A DNA stretch of 64,000 nt from NCBI GenBank assembly GCA_043821365.1, contig JBDRCX010000006.1, forward strand, positions 40,840-104,839, read 5' to 3'. The notes beneath the pieces are model-generated. The model saw only the letters and a program-made list of their open reading frames with translations, searched no databases and was not told the origin of the DNA. The translations under genes were made by a program, and so were the position numbers. This DNA is from Candidatus Micrarchaeota archaeon. GTDB lineage: Archaea > Micrarchaeota > Micrarchaeia > Anstonellales > Bilamarchaeaceae. Position 1 is the stretch's first letter. Each line of letters opens with the position of its first letter. Shown here piece by piece: positions 17,612-27,808 of this stretch.

Positions 17612-19234
17612 TCAATACATTGGTTGGGTTGCTTCACCATAATCTTTTGCCCACCTGTCAGCCATATTGGACAAATGCCTCTCAACTCTATCCCAAACTA
17701 ATTGATATTGTTCTTGTAAATAATCACTACAACCATATTCTACTGAACCAAACTTAAATTCAGACATTTTATTGATCATAAATTTTGCATATCTAAGAAG
17801 AGTACTAACTTCTCTCTCAGTAAGATCATACTCTTGCTTTAGTCTTCGTCTTTCATTATCTGGAATTTCTGTTTGTCCATTTGGTAGAGTCAATAGACTA
17901 TCAATAGCAAAATCAAGAGCATGCTGGAGTTGACTATACCTTCTATCAAATAATAGAGAATCAGCACTAACTATTCTCATAGGAAGGTGTTCTTCCAGAG
18001 GCAGTTCATGACCATTTGAACAAATGCCCTGTAGAAATCGATTTACATCTGAATATCTTTCTGTTCTCATAAGACGATAAATCCTATAAAGTCCTGCATT
18101 TAATTCAAATAATGGACTTGATGGATCATCATGCAAACCAAGAATTCTTTGCCTACGAGCACCGTATTGTAAATCAAACATGATAGTATCATTTGAACGA
18201 GCTTCTCTGGCTCCTTGTATTTGGCGCTTTTCTGCTGCAGAAACTGCATAATTTGAATAGTCCAATAATGGTGTAAGCAACCATGACTGTTCACTGTCTA
18301 ATAGACCTGCTTTAAGTGGTGCTCCAACCTCATTAATTCCAGCAGGATTTTTTGGTTGTAAATATTTCAAAAATAAACCATCATCAGTAATTGCAATGCA
18401 AAGATAGTACCTTGCATTAGAAACAACAAGATTAAGGTGGTAACCATAGGCCCCTTCTTTTGAATTGCCAGACCACCAAAAGGACACTAGACGATCTATA
18501 CCATCACCAGGCTCTGCAAATGTTAAGCTGCTTATTCCTTCTCTCATAGAATCCTGAATATCTTCTTCTGTCCTGAGGATAAGAGTATGCGCAACTGCCT
18601 GTCCGTCTTTGGTTTTTGCAACTGCATTTATACCAAAAGTTTCCAATTTTGTGTAGCCTCCTTTCAGAGTATAAACAATTGGAGCATCATGGTAAACTCT
18701 ATCAATAATATTTTGGATATCAAAATGGAAATTCTGTAAATGCTCCCCATCTCTTTGTGAACCTTTCCAAAAAATATTATGATATATAGAAAATCCAGCA
18801 AACCTACGCCAGCATTCTTGCGATTTTGAACGATAGGCAAAAACTAATCTTGTTTCATTATTCTGATGGACGTAAACTGGAACTGCTTCATACCCAACAT
18901 TAATTGGACTGCCAACACCAACCCACCCATCCTGAATTTTAACCATTTCACGTATTTTGAATGGCTCTTTGTTTCTTCTTATTATAGCTTCTATATGTCT
19001 TGCATGACGGTCAATTAAATTTGCTGCAATTGAACGTTTATCAGATTGAACACGCCACAATGAAGCATCACGATCAAATAAAGAGAATTTTGGAATGTCA
19101 CCAACACGAAAAGGTTTTGCATCAACTTGCCTTCTGATCGGATCCGAATATGGTAACCCCAGCTTATCAGCAAGAGAACGTGCTAATGCTGAGGGATTAA
19201 GATCTCTAGATTTATAGTTTAATCTGACTACCAT
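17612..19234 (-). CDS. Hypothetical protein (about 540 aa), Arg-rich, no recognisable domain
   Basis: Long clean ORF. ATG at 19234 (the track has TTG at 19240). Its composition resembles the 8.4-16.3 kb island proteins. Confidence 0.45.
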   Translation of the reverse strand: MVVRLNYKSRDLNPSALARSLADKLGLPYSDPIRRQVDAKPFRVGDIPKFSLFDRDASLWRVQSDKRSIAANLIDRHARHIEAIIRRNKEPFKIREMVKIQDGWVGVGSPINVGYEAVPVYVHQNNETRLVFAYRSKSQECWRRFAGFSIYHNIFWKGSQRDGEHLQNFHFDIQNIIDRVYHDAPIVYTLKGGYTKLETFGINAVAKTKDGQAVAHTLILRTEEDIQDSMREGISSLTFAEPGDGIDRLVSFWWSGNSKEGAYGYHLNLVVSNARYYLCIAITDDGLFLKYLQPKNPAGINEVGAPLKAGLLDSEQSWLLTPLLDYSNYAVSAAEKRQIQGAREARSNDTIMFDLQYGARRQRILGLHDDPSSPLFELNAGLYRIYRLMRTERYSDVNRFLQGICSNGHELPLEEHLPMRIVSADSLLFDRRYSQLQHALDFAIDSLLTLPNGQTEIPDNERRRLKQEYDLTEREVSTLLRYAKFMINKMSEFKFGSVEYGCSDYLQEQYQLVWDRVERHLSNMADRWAKDYGEATQPMY

Positions 19235-19341
19235 ATACAAACCTTCTGTTATTATCTATGTATATTAATGTAGAAAGAGTTTTTAAATATGTTCTAACTT
19301 GGGTTTTTATATATTAGCATATAATTTCTCGTAAGATTCTA

Positions 19342-20430
19342 ATGTTGCCTAATATTTACAAAGGAAATTATTTGTTACTAGCAATATTCCCGATTGCTTT
19401 GATTCTATTATCTATCTATTATATACCCACAATAAAATTAGGTGTTGATTTCCAGGGAGGTACGCTCATCACATTATCACTAAAAGAAAGCGTAGATGCA
19501 GATCAACTTGAGAGTCAACTTAATCAAGAAGGTTTAGAAGCTGATGTTAGAGTTTTTGAAACTGCTGTTGGTACAAGAGCAGAAATAGAAGTTCCACAAA
19601 GCACTGATTTGATAGAAGCAGATGAACTAAGAAATAAATTCAATATACTTTTACCAACAGTAACTCAACTAGAAGTTGCAAATTACCAAAACTCAAGTTT
19701 TAGTGATGAATACATAACAAAAAAAGCAGAATTAGATGCCCTAGCTGATGAAATGTTCACTCTTGCAGGAACAAATAGAAACGCATTGAACATAACAAGC
19801 ACAAATGAACTACAACAAGCTTTTTCACATGCATACACTGAGATTTACAAGAACTATCAGACTTCGATCTCACAACCAATAAACAAATATGTGGAATATG
19901 ACTCTATATCAGTCCAGACAGTTAGTCCTGCGTTAACCAGCCACTTTATCGAGGTCGCAACAAATGTTGTTATTATGGCAATAGTCTTGAGCCTCGTACT
20001 TGTGTTTTTATTTTTCAGGGCATTCGTACCAAGCCTTGCAGTTATGCTTGGAGCTGTTAGTGACATTTTAATAGCACTTGGTGCAATGGGTTTGTTTGGT
20101 ATACCATTAACCTTGGCTTCTTTTGCTGCGCTCCTCATGCTTCTCGGTTTCTCATTAGATACCGACATATTATTGACGACTAGAATGCTTAAGAGAAAAG
20201 GAGACCCAAGAGAAAACGCACACGATGCAATGAAAACAGGAATGACAATGAGTATTACTGCAATAATAGCTTTTTCTGCACTATTTATTTTAGCAACTTT
20301 AACACACATACCAACTTACCATGAAATATCTGCAGTTGCACTTGCGGGTTTGGTTGGAGACCTGTTTGCAACCTGGGGAATAAATGCAGTATTGATATTG
20401 CATTACGTAGAACATAGGAGGAGAACCTAA
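19342..20430 (+). CDS. secF: Protein-export membrane protein SecF
   Basis: The LGVDFQGGTLITLSL motif is the SecD/F periplasmic-domain signature. C-terminal multi-TM. The stop overlaps the secD start (TAATG). Confidence 0.6.
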   Translation: MLPNIYKGNYLLLAIFPIALILLSIYYIPTIKLGVDFQGGTLITLSLKESVDADQLESQLNQEGLEADVRVFETAVGTRAEIEVPQSTDLIEADELRNKFNILLPTVTQLEVANYQNSSFSDEYITKKAELDALADEMFTLAGTNRNALNITSTNELQQAFSHAYTEIYKNYQTSISQPINKYVEYDSISVQTVSPALTSHFIEVATNVVIMAIVLSLVLVFLFFRAFVPSLAVMLGAVSDILIALGAMGLFGIPLTLASFAALLMLLGFSLDTDILLTTRMLKRKGDPRENAHDAMKTGMTMSITAIIAFSALFILATLTHIPTYHEISAVALAGLVGDLFATWGINAVLILHYVEHRRRT

Positions 20431-22139
20431 TGGATTTTTATAAGGATAATCATTTCCTATTCTTATTATTCATTTTTGCATTATTTGCAGTTGCAATAGC
20501 AATGGTTGCAGGATGGATACTGATAATTGCAATTGTCTTTTTTGGAATTACTTCACTCAGGTGGAAACAGCCACACATAAAGATTTCTGGGATGGTATTC
20601 TTGGTTCTTTTGGCTCTTTTAAATGTCTACGTACACGGTATGAATTTTGGTATTGATTTTGTTGGTGGTACGCGAATCCCAGTTGTACTTGAACATGCAG
20701 TTGACCAAGATACAATGAACGAGATGGTTAATACAATAAAAAGCAGGGCAAATACACTTGGTCTTAAAGAAATTAAAGCAAGGGCAGTTGGCAATAGTCT
20801 TATCAACGTTGAAGTTGCAAGCAGCGATGAGGCAACTATTGAATATATAGAAAAAACACTTTCACAACAAGGAGTTTACATAGGTGTTGTTGATGGAGAA
20901 ATTGCCATAAGCGGAGACCATATTTTTAGAACATCCATAAGATCATTATCACCAAACGAACTTATACAGCAAGGTGGAGCAGATTGGGGAGTTGGATTTT
21001 CAGTTGATAGAGAAGGAGGAGAAATATTTGCAAGTACAGCAAAGGGAAAGGCAGATTATCCAGTTTACATGTTCATAGACAGACCAAATGATGCAGTCTT
21101 ATTTTATGATAAGGCCACATTCAAATCATATATACTTTCAGACGCAGGAGAAAAAGAATCATTGAAGGCAGTGCAAGAAATGCTTGAACTCGAAAATTCA
21201 AACATATCAGTCTATTTGATTGAAACAATTCCAGAGAATTTTACTGCTGCAACAAACTCAACTAAAGCAATAATTTCTTCCAACCTATCTGCAGAGATAA
21301 AACAAAACCTAACGAATATGGGTTTCACTCTTGTAGAATATGCAGAAGAAAAAATGAAGCCTGAATTTATGAGATCACGAACAGGAGTTCTTATTGTTAA
21401 CAAGCTGGAAGCAGTTGGATTGTTAACTGCACCATTGTTGAGCGGCGGAGTAACCTCTGGGGTTCCTAGTTATAATTATGTTATCACCGGAAGCATTGAA
21501 GCAAGCGATGGTAAATCAAAAAGTGCAGAGGCACTTGAAAAAGTAAAGAGCATAGAATCAATTTTGAAAGGAGGGGCATTACCAGTACAAATATCACTTG
21601 GATCAAGAACAACCTTACCAGCATCTCTTGGAAGTGAATTTTTAAAGCTAAGTTTGATCGCAATTGGCGGGTCGCTTCTTGCAATAGCTGTTTTGATTGG
21701 TTTGAGATATAGAAACATAAAAGCAACATTACCAATAGTTTTGATTAGTTTTGCTGAGTTAGCAATATTATTATCCATCCTAGGCTCATTTACAATTGAT
21801 CTTGCAGCAATGGCAGGTATTATTGCAGCCATAGGTGTTGGTGTAGATGCACAGATAGTTATTACTGATGAACTTCTGAAAAAGGACGACCATAAGATTT
21901 CTGAGAAAGTTGAACTTGCTTTCGGTATAATAAGAACAAATGCAATAGTTGCAATTTGTTCGATGATACCGCTTTTGTTCTCTGGTTTGGTAGAAATTAT
22001 CGGTTTCGCAATGTCAACCATGTTAGGTGCTTTGCTTGGTTATTTATTGACAAGACCAGCATATGCAGCGATGGTAGAGAAAGTGCTTGAAGCAGAAAAG
22101 AAAGGAGAAGCACACAAGCACGGGCATCCGATTGCTTAG
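20430..22139 (+). CDS. secD: Protein-export membrane protein SecD
   Basis: GIDFVGGTRIPVVL motif. Large extracytoplasmic domain. Six C-terminal TM helices. A strong GGAGGAG SD lies 8 nt upstream of the ATG. Confidence 0.6.
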   Translation: MDFYKDNHFLFLLFIFALFAVAIAMVAGWILIIAIVFFGITSLRWKQPHIKISGMVFLVLLALLNVYVHGMNFGIDFVGGTRIPVVLEHAVDQDTMNEMVNTIKSRANTLGLKEIKARAVGNSLINVEVASSDEATIEYIEKTLSQQGVYIGVVDGEIAISGDHIFRTSIRSLSPNELIQQGGADWGVGFSVDREGGEIFASTAKGKADYPVYMFIDRPNDAVLFYDKATFKSYILSDAGEKESLKAVQEMLELENSNISVYLIETIPENFTAATNSTKAIISSNLSAEIKQNLTNMGFTLVEYAEEKMKPEFMRSRTGVLIVNKLEAVGLLTAPLLSGGVTSGVPSYNYVITGSIEASDGKSKSAEALEKVKSIESILKGGALPVQISLGSRTTLPASLGSEFLKLSLIAIGGSLLAIAVLIGLRYRNIKATLPIVLISFAELAILLSILGSFTIDLAAMAGIIAAIGVGVDAQIVITDELLKKDDHKISEKVELAFGIIRTNAIVAICSMIPLLFSGLVEIIGFAMSTMLGALLGYLLTRPAYAAMVEKVLEAEKKGEAHKHGHPIA

Positions 22140-22224
22140 CGATGAAATGTATACCCTATTATACTAATTACTTGATTTGAAAGAGCTACCTAGTATTTAA
22201 AAACTATAATTGGATTAGTAAAAT

Positions 22225-24648
22225 ATGTGCAACTTATACCTAGAGGGTACAAGGGCAATAGTGGACTTAGCAAAATGTCCATATGAATTTGCCTCACCAG
22301 AGTTTCTTAATCTTCATCTAAAGGACCTCTCAACAACTGAATCACCAATAAAAACATTAAGGTATGAAGAGGAAATAGTTGTAGAACTTAATGAAGAAAA
22401 AACTGCAATCCTAACTCAATATGCTTCATTTATACGCCAATTGGAAACAATACTTTTGAAAGATGATATTTATGGATTACGACAGGATCCAGCATGTGAC
22501 AATAGGCGCAAATTATTGAAAAGATTTTATGAATATGTGTTCCTCAACCCACAGATGGCTTCTCAACAACTCAGAGATTATAATGAACCTGAACCTGAAA
22601 AAGCTATTTTTGTCAAAGGATATCAAACATTCAAGGGATGGATCGCAGGTATTTTGAAAAGTTATGAAGTGACAAAACTCTATAATTTAGTTAAGAATAC
22701 CGGAGATCTACGTGCAGCATTTCTTGAACTCGTTGGACTTAAGACTCTTTACTTTGTCCCTTCTTTGGTTTTAGGAATACCAAAAGATGCAGTTCCAATG
22801 AAAGGTCCTGAAGCAAAATATAGCCTTTCTTTTGGTGTTGATGTACAGATATATGAGATTCCGGGTGAAGAAGCATACTTATATGTCCAAGAAAACAAAG
22901 CCATAGATGGACTAAGTCCTGAACTCAATAAACTGTTGAAAACAACCATAAATGAACAATTCAAGGAAACGTTCTCAAATGTAGATTGGGACATATTAAT
23001 GAATTTAAAAACAAGAGATTATCGTCAATACTTCATAGATAGAGCAGTTATGGAAGGGATACCGATTACTCCACAACAGGCAATGGCCATGGGACACGAA
23101 TGTGCTGCATGGGTTGTTGGTCTTGGTGCCCATATTGAGAACCTATCTCTGGATAAAGAAAATATAACTGATATTTATATTGACAGCGAAAACTCTCCTT
23201 TGTACGTAGAACATGCAAAATATGGCCTGTGCCACACATTATACAGGTATAATAGAGATTTGCTAGATAGATGTTTCAGAAATATAGTCTATACACTTAA
23301 GGGCACTAGAAAATTTGATGAAAGCAACCCGATTGTTGATGTTGTACTAAAAAGACTTTCAATGAGATGCCACTTACAAAGACCTCCAGCTACATTCGGT
23401 GAATTGCAAGCTGCTTTGAGAATTATGAAAGAACAGCCATTTACATATGCACAATATTTAAACTTTAATTCATTTACCCCGTTTTTTGCAGGCTATGACG
23501 ATACAATGGTAACCTTAGGTTGTTCTGAAGCAGTTCTTGGATTAAAAGGTGTTGGAAAAACATCATTCACTGCAGCAAAAATTACCTCTATTGGAACTAG
23601 AAGAAGAATCATACCAGTTCAGGATATTGAAGAAATTCCAGTACGTGCATTTAGAAAACGTGGATTCCATATTGGTGCTGCGAGGGTTCAGAGTTCAGAT
23701 GTCGAAGAATCCCACACAAAAGAATTAGACCTTGTTGCAATGGCCAATGCTCTTCTGCGTATGGGTGATGCTGCACTTATTATTAACGAAGTTAGATCAC
23801 GTGTTGCAGTGCAGGGTATTATCAACTTACTTAATACCCAGCCAGGTGTTTTCCTTTTATACAATCTACACGCAGAATCACTTCGAGACATTCAAGATAG
23901 ATTGGAACTGGTATTTGGACTTCCAGCTGCCAGCATGTATGCCACTGATAGATATACCTTCTTGAAAAAAGTAAGATTTGGAAGAAAAGGAAGGATATAT
24001 CGTGTGGTTGGTTTTGAATTTGAAAGTGACATTGAAGAGAAAAAATTCGTGGAGATATTTAGGTTTAGAAGAGGGGAAAACATAAATAGCTGTACTTGGG
24101 AAGCAAAATTCCTTAGAAACCCTGAAGCAAGTATGTGGAATTTTGATAAAGTAGATATAAAGAAGTTGATGAAGGAAATTGACATTTCTTTTGTACCCCC
24201 AGCACTTGGAAGAAGAAGTGAAGAAAGTGGAATTTCACCAGAACAGTATATGCTTCAGGCATTCTGGAAAGGAAAAATGTACTATGATATATACAAACTT
24301 AGTAAACAGATGAATGATAAACTAATGCTTGAACTTGATTTTGTCCTCAAAGTGAATACTGCGGCAGGTAGACTACTTGTTTCAATGGAACAGGAACAGG
24401 GTGAAATTGATTTTGGAGAAGCATGGGATAGATGGGGACCAATCTTCAAAGATGTTGTAAAGAAAGACCTTGAAAAACGAAAATTAGGTGTGCCTGAAAT
24501 ACCAGATGAGCCAGAACTACCACAACCAGAAGATGATATCGATGATGGTGATGAACCACCAGAAGATGAAGAAATGGTTGAAGATCCAAGAATGAAAACT
24601 TTGAGAGAACGATTAAGACAAAAGAAATTGGAAACAAAGAAAAAATAG
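22225..24648 (+). CDS. Divergent secretion-superfamily (GspE/VirB11/FlaI-like) ATPase with a roughly 420-aa N-terminal extension and an acidic C-terminal tail
   Basis: Walker A GLKGVGKTS. Walker B / Asp box DAALIINEVRS matches the (D)RIIVGEVR motif. A His-box-like LYNLHAES matches the STLHANSA motif. 807 aa. The C-terminus is PDEPELPQPEDDIDDGDEPPEDEE. A TATA-like tatttaaaa lies about 30 nt upstream. The ATG in the printed sequence is about 1 nt off the track start. Confidence 0.45.
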   Translation: MCNLYLEGTRAIVDLAKCPYEFASPEFLNLHLKDLSTTESPIKTLRYEEEIVVELNEEKTAILTQYASFIRQLETILLKDDIYGLRQDPACDNRRKLLKRFYEYVFLNPQMASQQLRDYNEPEPEKAIFVKGYQTFKGWIAGILKSYEVTKLYNLVKNTGDLRAAFLELVGLKTLYFVPSLVLGIPKDAVPMKGPEAKYSLSFGVDVQIYEIPGEEAYLYVQENKAIDGLSPELNKLLKTTINEQFKETFSNVDWDILMNLKTRDYRQYFIDRAVMEGIPITPQQAMAMGHECAAWVVGLGAHIENLSLDKENITDIYIDSENSPLYVEHAKYGLCHTLYRYNRDLLDRCFRNIVYTLKGTRKFDESNPIVDVVLKRLSMRCHLQRPPATFGELQAALRIMKEQPFTYAQYLNFNSFTPFFAGYDDTMVTLGCSEAVLGLKGVGKTSFTAAKITSIGTRRRIIPVQDIEEIPVRAFRKRGFHIGAARVQSSDVEESHTKELDLVAMANALLRMGDAALIINEVRSRVAVQGIINLLNTQPGVFLLYNLHAESLRDIQDRLELVFGLPAASMYATDRYTFLKKVRFGRKGRIYRVVGFEFESDIEEKKFVEIFRFRRGENINSCTWEAKFLRNPEASMWNFDKVDIKKLMKEIDISFVPPALGRRSEESGISPEQYMLQAFWKGKMYYDIYKLSKQMNDKLMLELDFVLKVNTAAGRLLVSMEQEQGEIDFGEAWDRWGPIFKDVVKKDLEKRKLGVPEIPDEPELPQPEDDIDDGDEPPEDEEMVEDPRMKTLRERLRQKKLETKKK

Positions 24649-24651
24649 ATC

Positions 24652-25809
24652 TTATTTATTATTTTTCATATATTTTTCAATTCGATTCATTGCTTCATTT
24701 ATTTGTTCAGGTGAACCAAGGAAAACAACCCTGAAGTATTTCCCTTTGAGTGTTGGTGCAAATCCAGAGCCTGGGACTGCAACCACACCTGCTTTCAGTA
24801 ACCCATGAATAAATTCAACATCATTCTTCCAAGGACCTTCTACTTTTATGAATGCATAGAAAGCACCTTTAGGTGAAGCAAGGCTGAGACCTGGGATCTC
24901 ACTTACTCTTTTTGCTAGAATATCTCTTCGTTCTTTCAATTGAGCATTAAACTTGGCAATGTGATCATGTGGTCCTTTAAGTGCAGCAGTATATGCTCTT
25001 TGCATCTCCCAATTTACTGATAGTCTTTGGTTGCATAACCTTTGGACTGCATCCTTAATACCATCCCATTTATCTCCATGGAATGCTACATACCCAACAC
25101 GTGCACCTGGATAGATGTAATTTTTAGATAACGAATTACCAGAAATTAATGGAACGTCTTTATGAATTTCACGAAGATTTGTGTATTCTCCATCAAAAAC
25201 AAGTTTCTCATATGCATCATCTGAGATTATTGGGAGGTTGTGTTCTCCTGCAATATTAACAATTTCCTGGAGTGTTTTTCTTGAATAAACTGCACCAGTT
25301 GGATTATTTGGATTAATAACCAAAATTGCTTTTGTAAATTTATTTATACCTCTTCTGAGGCTGTCAGTATCTGGCTCGAAAGTTTCATCACAATCATAGA
25401 ATTCAACAGTACCATAACTTAGTCTTTCTTTTGTAAGATAAAGTGGGTATGTTGGAACAGGAAGAAGAATATTCCTACCAGGATCAACTAATGCCTGGAA
25501 AAGAAAATCAATTCCTTCGCTCAGACCAGATGTTATGAAAACATCTTCGTGAGAGGTTTTTTCATATTCTGCAATTGCTTTACGAAGATCATGATCTCCT
25601 TCGGATGGAGCATAACCAGAATAATTTTGTTTAAGTGCTTCTGCAGCTGCATCAAGAATATGTTGCGGTGGTCTAAAACCAAATGGAGCAGGATCACCAA
25701 TATTAAGATAAACCATTTCGGTTCCTTGTTTTTCCAAACGTTTTGCTTCCTGGACTATATCTCTAATTGGGTATGAAACTAATTCACTTCTCATAGATGG
25801 TTCAATCAT
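24652..25809 (-). CDS. Class-I/II PLP-dependent aminotransferase (aspartate/alanine aminotransferase-like)
   Basis: PLP-lysine motif SGNSLSKNY. N-terminal MIEPSMRSELV...IRDIV is typical of AspAT family I. ATG at 25809 with GGGAGG 7 nt upstream; the track ORF begins at TTG 25845. Confidence 0.7.
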   Translation of the reverse strand: MIEPSMRSELVSYPIRDIVQEAKRLEKQGTEMVYLNIGDPAPFGFRPPQHILDAAAEALKQNYSGYAPSEGDHDLRKAIAEYEKTSHEDVFITSGLSEGIDFLFQALVDPGRNILLPVPTYPLYLTKERLSYGTVEFYDCDETFEPDTDSLRRGINKFTKAILVINPNNPTGAVYSRKTLQEIVNIAGEHNLPIISDDAYEKLVFDGEYTNLREIHKDVPLISGNSLSKNYIYPGARVGYVAFHGDKWDGIKDAVQRLCNQRLSVNWEMQRAYTAALKGPHDHIAKFNAQLKERRDILAKRVSEIPGLSLASPKGAFYAFIKVEGPWKNDVEFIHGLLKAGVVAVPGSGFAPTLKGKYFRVVFLGSPEQINEAMNRIEKYMKNNK

Positions 25810-25958
25810 GTGAAAACCTCCCGAAAATAGGGATTCATCTACCAAATCAATTAACCAGATATATTCTGGAATCTTTTTATTAATGTCGTAATTGCATCGA
25901 TTATGATAATCTGGAACGAACGACGTTCCAGACTTGTTGATACGTCATAAGTCGATGG

Positions 25959-26294
25959 TCATCTCGGTGAGATTGAAAATGTAAATCTTTTCGATGTCCC
26001 GTAATATATTGTTGTTTTGGATAAGGAAGCTAATATGGTGTGGTTATTGCCAGAACGGCAATTTGTGAATTCAATACCATTAATGAAAAAACAAAGATTT
26101 GTCTTGTTGCCCATTATCTCCATGTCTGATTCAATTTTAATTCTACTAAGATCAGACATGTCCTGGAAATTATTTCTTAGATAGAGTACACGCCAACTAT
26201 CCTGAGCCAGTTGAAAATTGTAGAGTAGATTGGACGACTGGTATGGTTCAGGTATAATTGAAACTATGATTATTGTAAAAAATAATAACGACAA
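25959..26294 (-). CDS. Small N-terminally anchored protein (111 aa), hypothetical
   Basis: N-terminal TM (LLFFTIIIVSII). Last gene of a 4-gene tandem of small membrane-anchored proteins. Confidence 0.25.
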   Translation of the reverse strand: MSLLFFTIIIVSIIPEPYQSSNLLYNFQLAQDSWRVLYLRNNFQDMSDLSRIKIESDMEIMGNKTNLCFFINGIEFTNCRSGNNHTILASLSKTTIYYGTSKRFTFSISPR

Positions 26295-26315
26295 AAACGC
26301 TTCTATTGATTGTAT

Positions 26316-26741
26316 TTAACCACCACAAACAAAAAGCTGTTTTATTTCTTTTTCATCTCCAGTAACAACGATACGGTAGATACAGATAGGATATGTTTCT
26401 GAAGGAGGATTTGTCCCCAAGTAAAGTTTGGATAGGTCTGTTTTTTCCCTTAGATTTTCAGTTAGATTTTTATTTAATTTTTGTTCATCAATCCAGTTTG
26501 GATATTTCACATCATTAATATGTATTGCCGCACTGTTTTTTACCACATTATCTGCTATTGCAATAATCTTATTCATTATTTTTTGATGACGAGCATTCGT
26601 TGCATCTGTACTTGACAAAATAGAAATAGTCTTAGTAAGAAGGAAAATTATCAAAATGACTGATAGTAGGCTAATTAATCCATCAAGAGCAATAAAACCA
26701 TTATACTGGTTGGGCCTTGTCTGATTCAAAAACACCACCAA
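26316..26741 (-). CDS. Putative pilin-like protein (class-III/type-IV signal-peptide-like N-terminus)
   Basis: The N-terminus ...NQYNG-FIALDGLISLLSVILIIFLL resembles a prepilin-peptidase site: G followed by F-x-x-L-D/E and a hydrophobic helix. 141 aa. Confidence 0.3.
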   Translation of the reverse strand: MVVFLNQTRPNQYNGFIALDGLISLLSVILIIFLLTKTISILSSTDATNARHQKIMNKIIAIADNVVKNSAAIHINDVKYPNWIDEQKLNKNLTENLREKTDLSKLYLGTNPPSETYPICIYRIVVTGDEKEIKQLFVCGG

Positions 26742-26991
26742 CCTCGATAATTTTACTTCCGTTAGTTATATGAAGTTTGTTTTGCTCTATACTAAAATAG
26801 CCATCAAAAGTAGCTTCCACTCCATCATTCAGAGCGCAATCAATTGCTATTGCCATGGAATGTGCTTTGTTTATGTCATTCTGGGAGTATATGGAAGATT
26901 TATCCATTTCAAAGAGAATTGCCCCGGTTAATATTATTATTAGAATAAATGAAATAAAAAATATCATGAAAAATTCTACAGTTAATGACAA
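26701..26991 (-). CDS. Small N-terminally anchored protein (96 aa), hypothetical/pilin-like
   Basis: N-terminal TM FFMIFFISFILIIILTGAILF. It overlaps both neighbouring genes. Confidence 0.25.
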   Translation of the reverse strand: MSLTVEFFMIFFISFILIIILTGAILFEMDKSSIYSQNDINKAHSMAIAIDCALNDGVEATFDGYFSIEQNKLHITNGSKIIEVGGVFESDKAQPV

Positions 26992-27542
26992 GAAACCACC
27001 AGTTCTGGCAAAGTAGAATTCACTGAAATAAATATAGAATCAAGAGCCAGCTGAATTTTATTTAATTTTATATAATCAAGAGAAAACATATTTTTTGCAA
27101 GCGGGTCTAATTTCAGGATTGTTGATATCGAAGGAGCTGAAAACGAAACAGAAAAATCAGGATCAAATTCGTGATTTAATAGGCTAGAAATTTTCATATT
27201 TGATGAGCCTGCTGCACTTAGCCGCGCTTCATTCTCTCTAAAACATAACGAACACAAATGATCATCACAATAGTTTGGATGATCTCTATCATAACTACAA
27301 AAATTATCTTTACAATGCATACACATTCTCACATCATGACTTAGATCATATTTTACAAATCCTTCCATTGCACCTTGTAAAGCACTCTCGATAATTGCTT
27401 CTTTTACATTCATAGATAGTGCATATGATCTTTCAATAGCCAATGCTTTGGAAAAATCAAATTTATTAGACAGATTAGCCATTGTAGTAAATATAAGCAG
27501 AAGAGAAACAAATACCAGTAGAAACGAAAAGTAACCTTTCAT
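26982..27542 (-). CDS. Cys-rich secreted/anchored protein, possibly pilin-like (186 aa)
   Basis: The MKG-YFSFLLVFVSLLLIF N-terminus has a short basic segment then a hydrophobic stretch. The C-terminal half has C-x-H-C...C...C-x2-H-x-C-x2-C. Confidence 0.3.
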   Translation of the reverse strand: MKGYFSFLLVFVSLLLIFTTMANLSNKFDFSKALAIERSYALSMNVKEAIIESALQGAMEGFVKYDLSHDVRMCMHCKDNFCSYDRDHPNYCDDHLCSLCFRENEARLSAAGSSNMKISSLLNHEFDPDFSVSFSAPSISTILKLDPLAKNMFSLDYIKLNKIQLALDSIFISVNSTLPELVVSCH

Positions 27543-27625
27543 TCATCCCCCGGATTTGCTCTCAGCTAAAATTAAAATGTCTTTTGTTTAGCTGGAAAAT
27601 GATAAAAATTAAGAAAAAAAGCTTT

Positions 27626-27808
27626 TCACTTTACTTTTACTGCATAACTGCCAACAACATTTATCCCTATAACTTTGGCAACTTCTGAACGTTCTGCATC
27701 AATAACAACAATCATCCCCGAATATTTTTCTGAAAGTTCACCCTGGCACTTTGGACAGGTTTTATCTTTTGTATGAACGATATATCTACATTGTTTACAG
27801 GCACTCAT
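27626..27808 (-). CDS. spt4: Transcription elongation factor Spt4 / RNA polymerase subunit E''
   Basis: 60 aa. A Zn ribbon C-x2-C...C-x2-C (CKQCRYIV...CPKCQG) is followed by SGMIVVIDAERSEVAKVIG...YAVKVK, matching the archaeal Spt4 consensus. It is immediately downstream of rpoE' with a 4-nt overlap. Confidence 0.7.
   Translation of the reverse strand: MSACKQCRYIVHTKDKTCPKCQGELSEKYSGMIVVIDAERSEVAKVIGINVVGSYAVKVK

Noticed and set aside
19857-22021. Antisense ORFs (150 aa, 181 aa, 83 aa) within secF/secD
   Set aside because: They are shadow ORFs inside confidently assigned membrane-protein genes.
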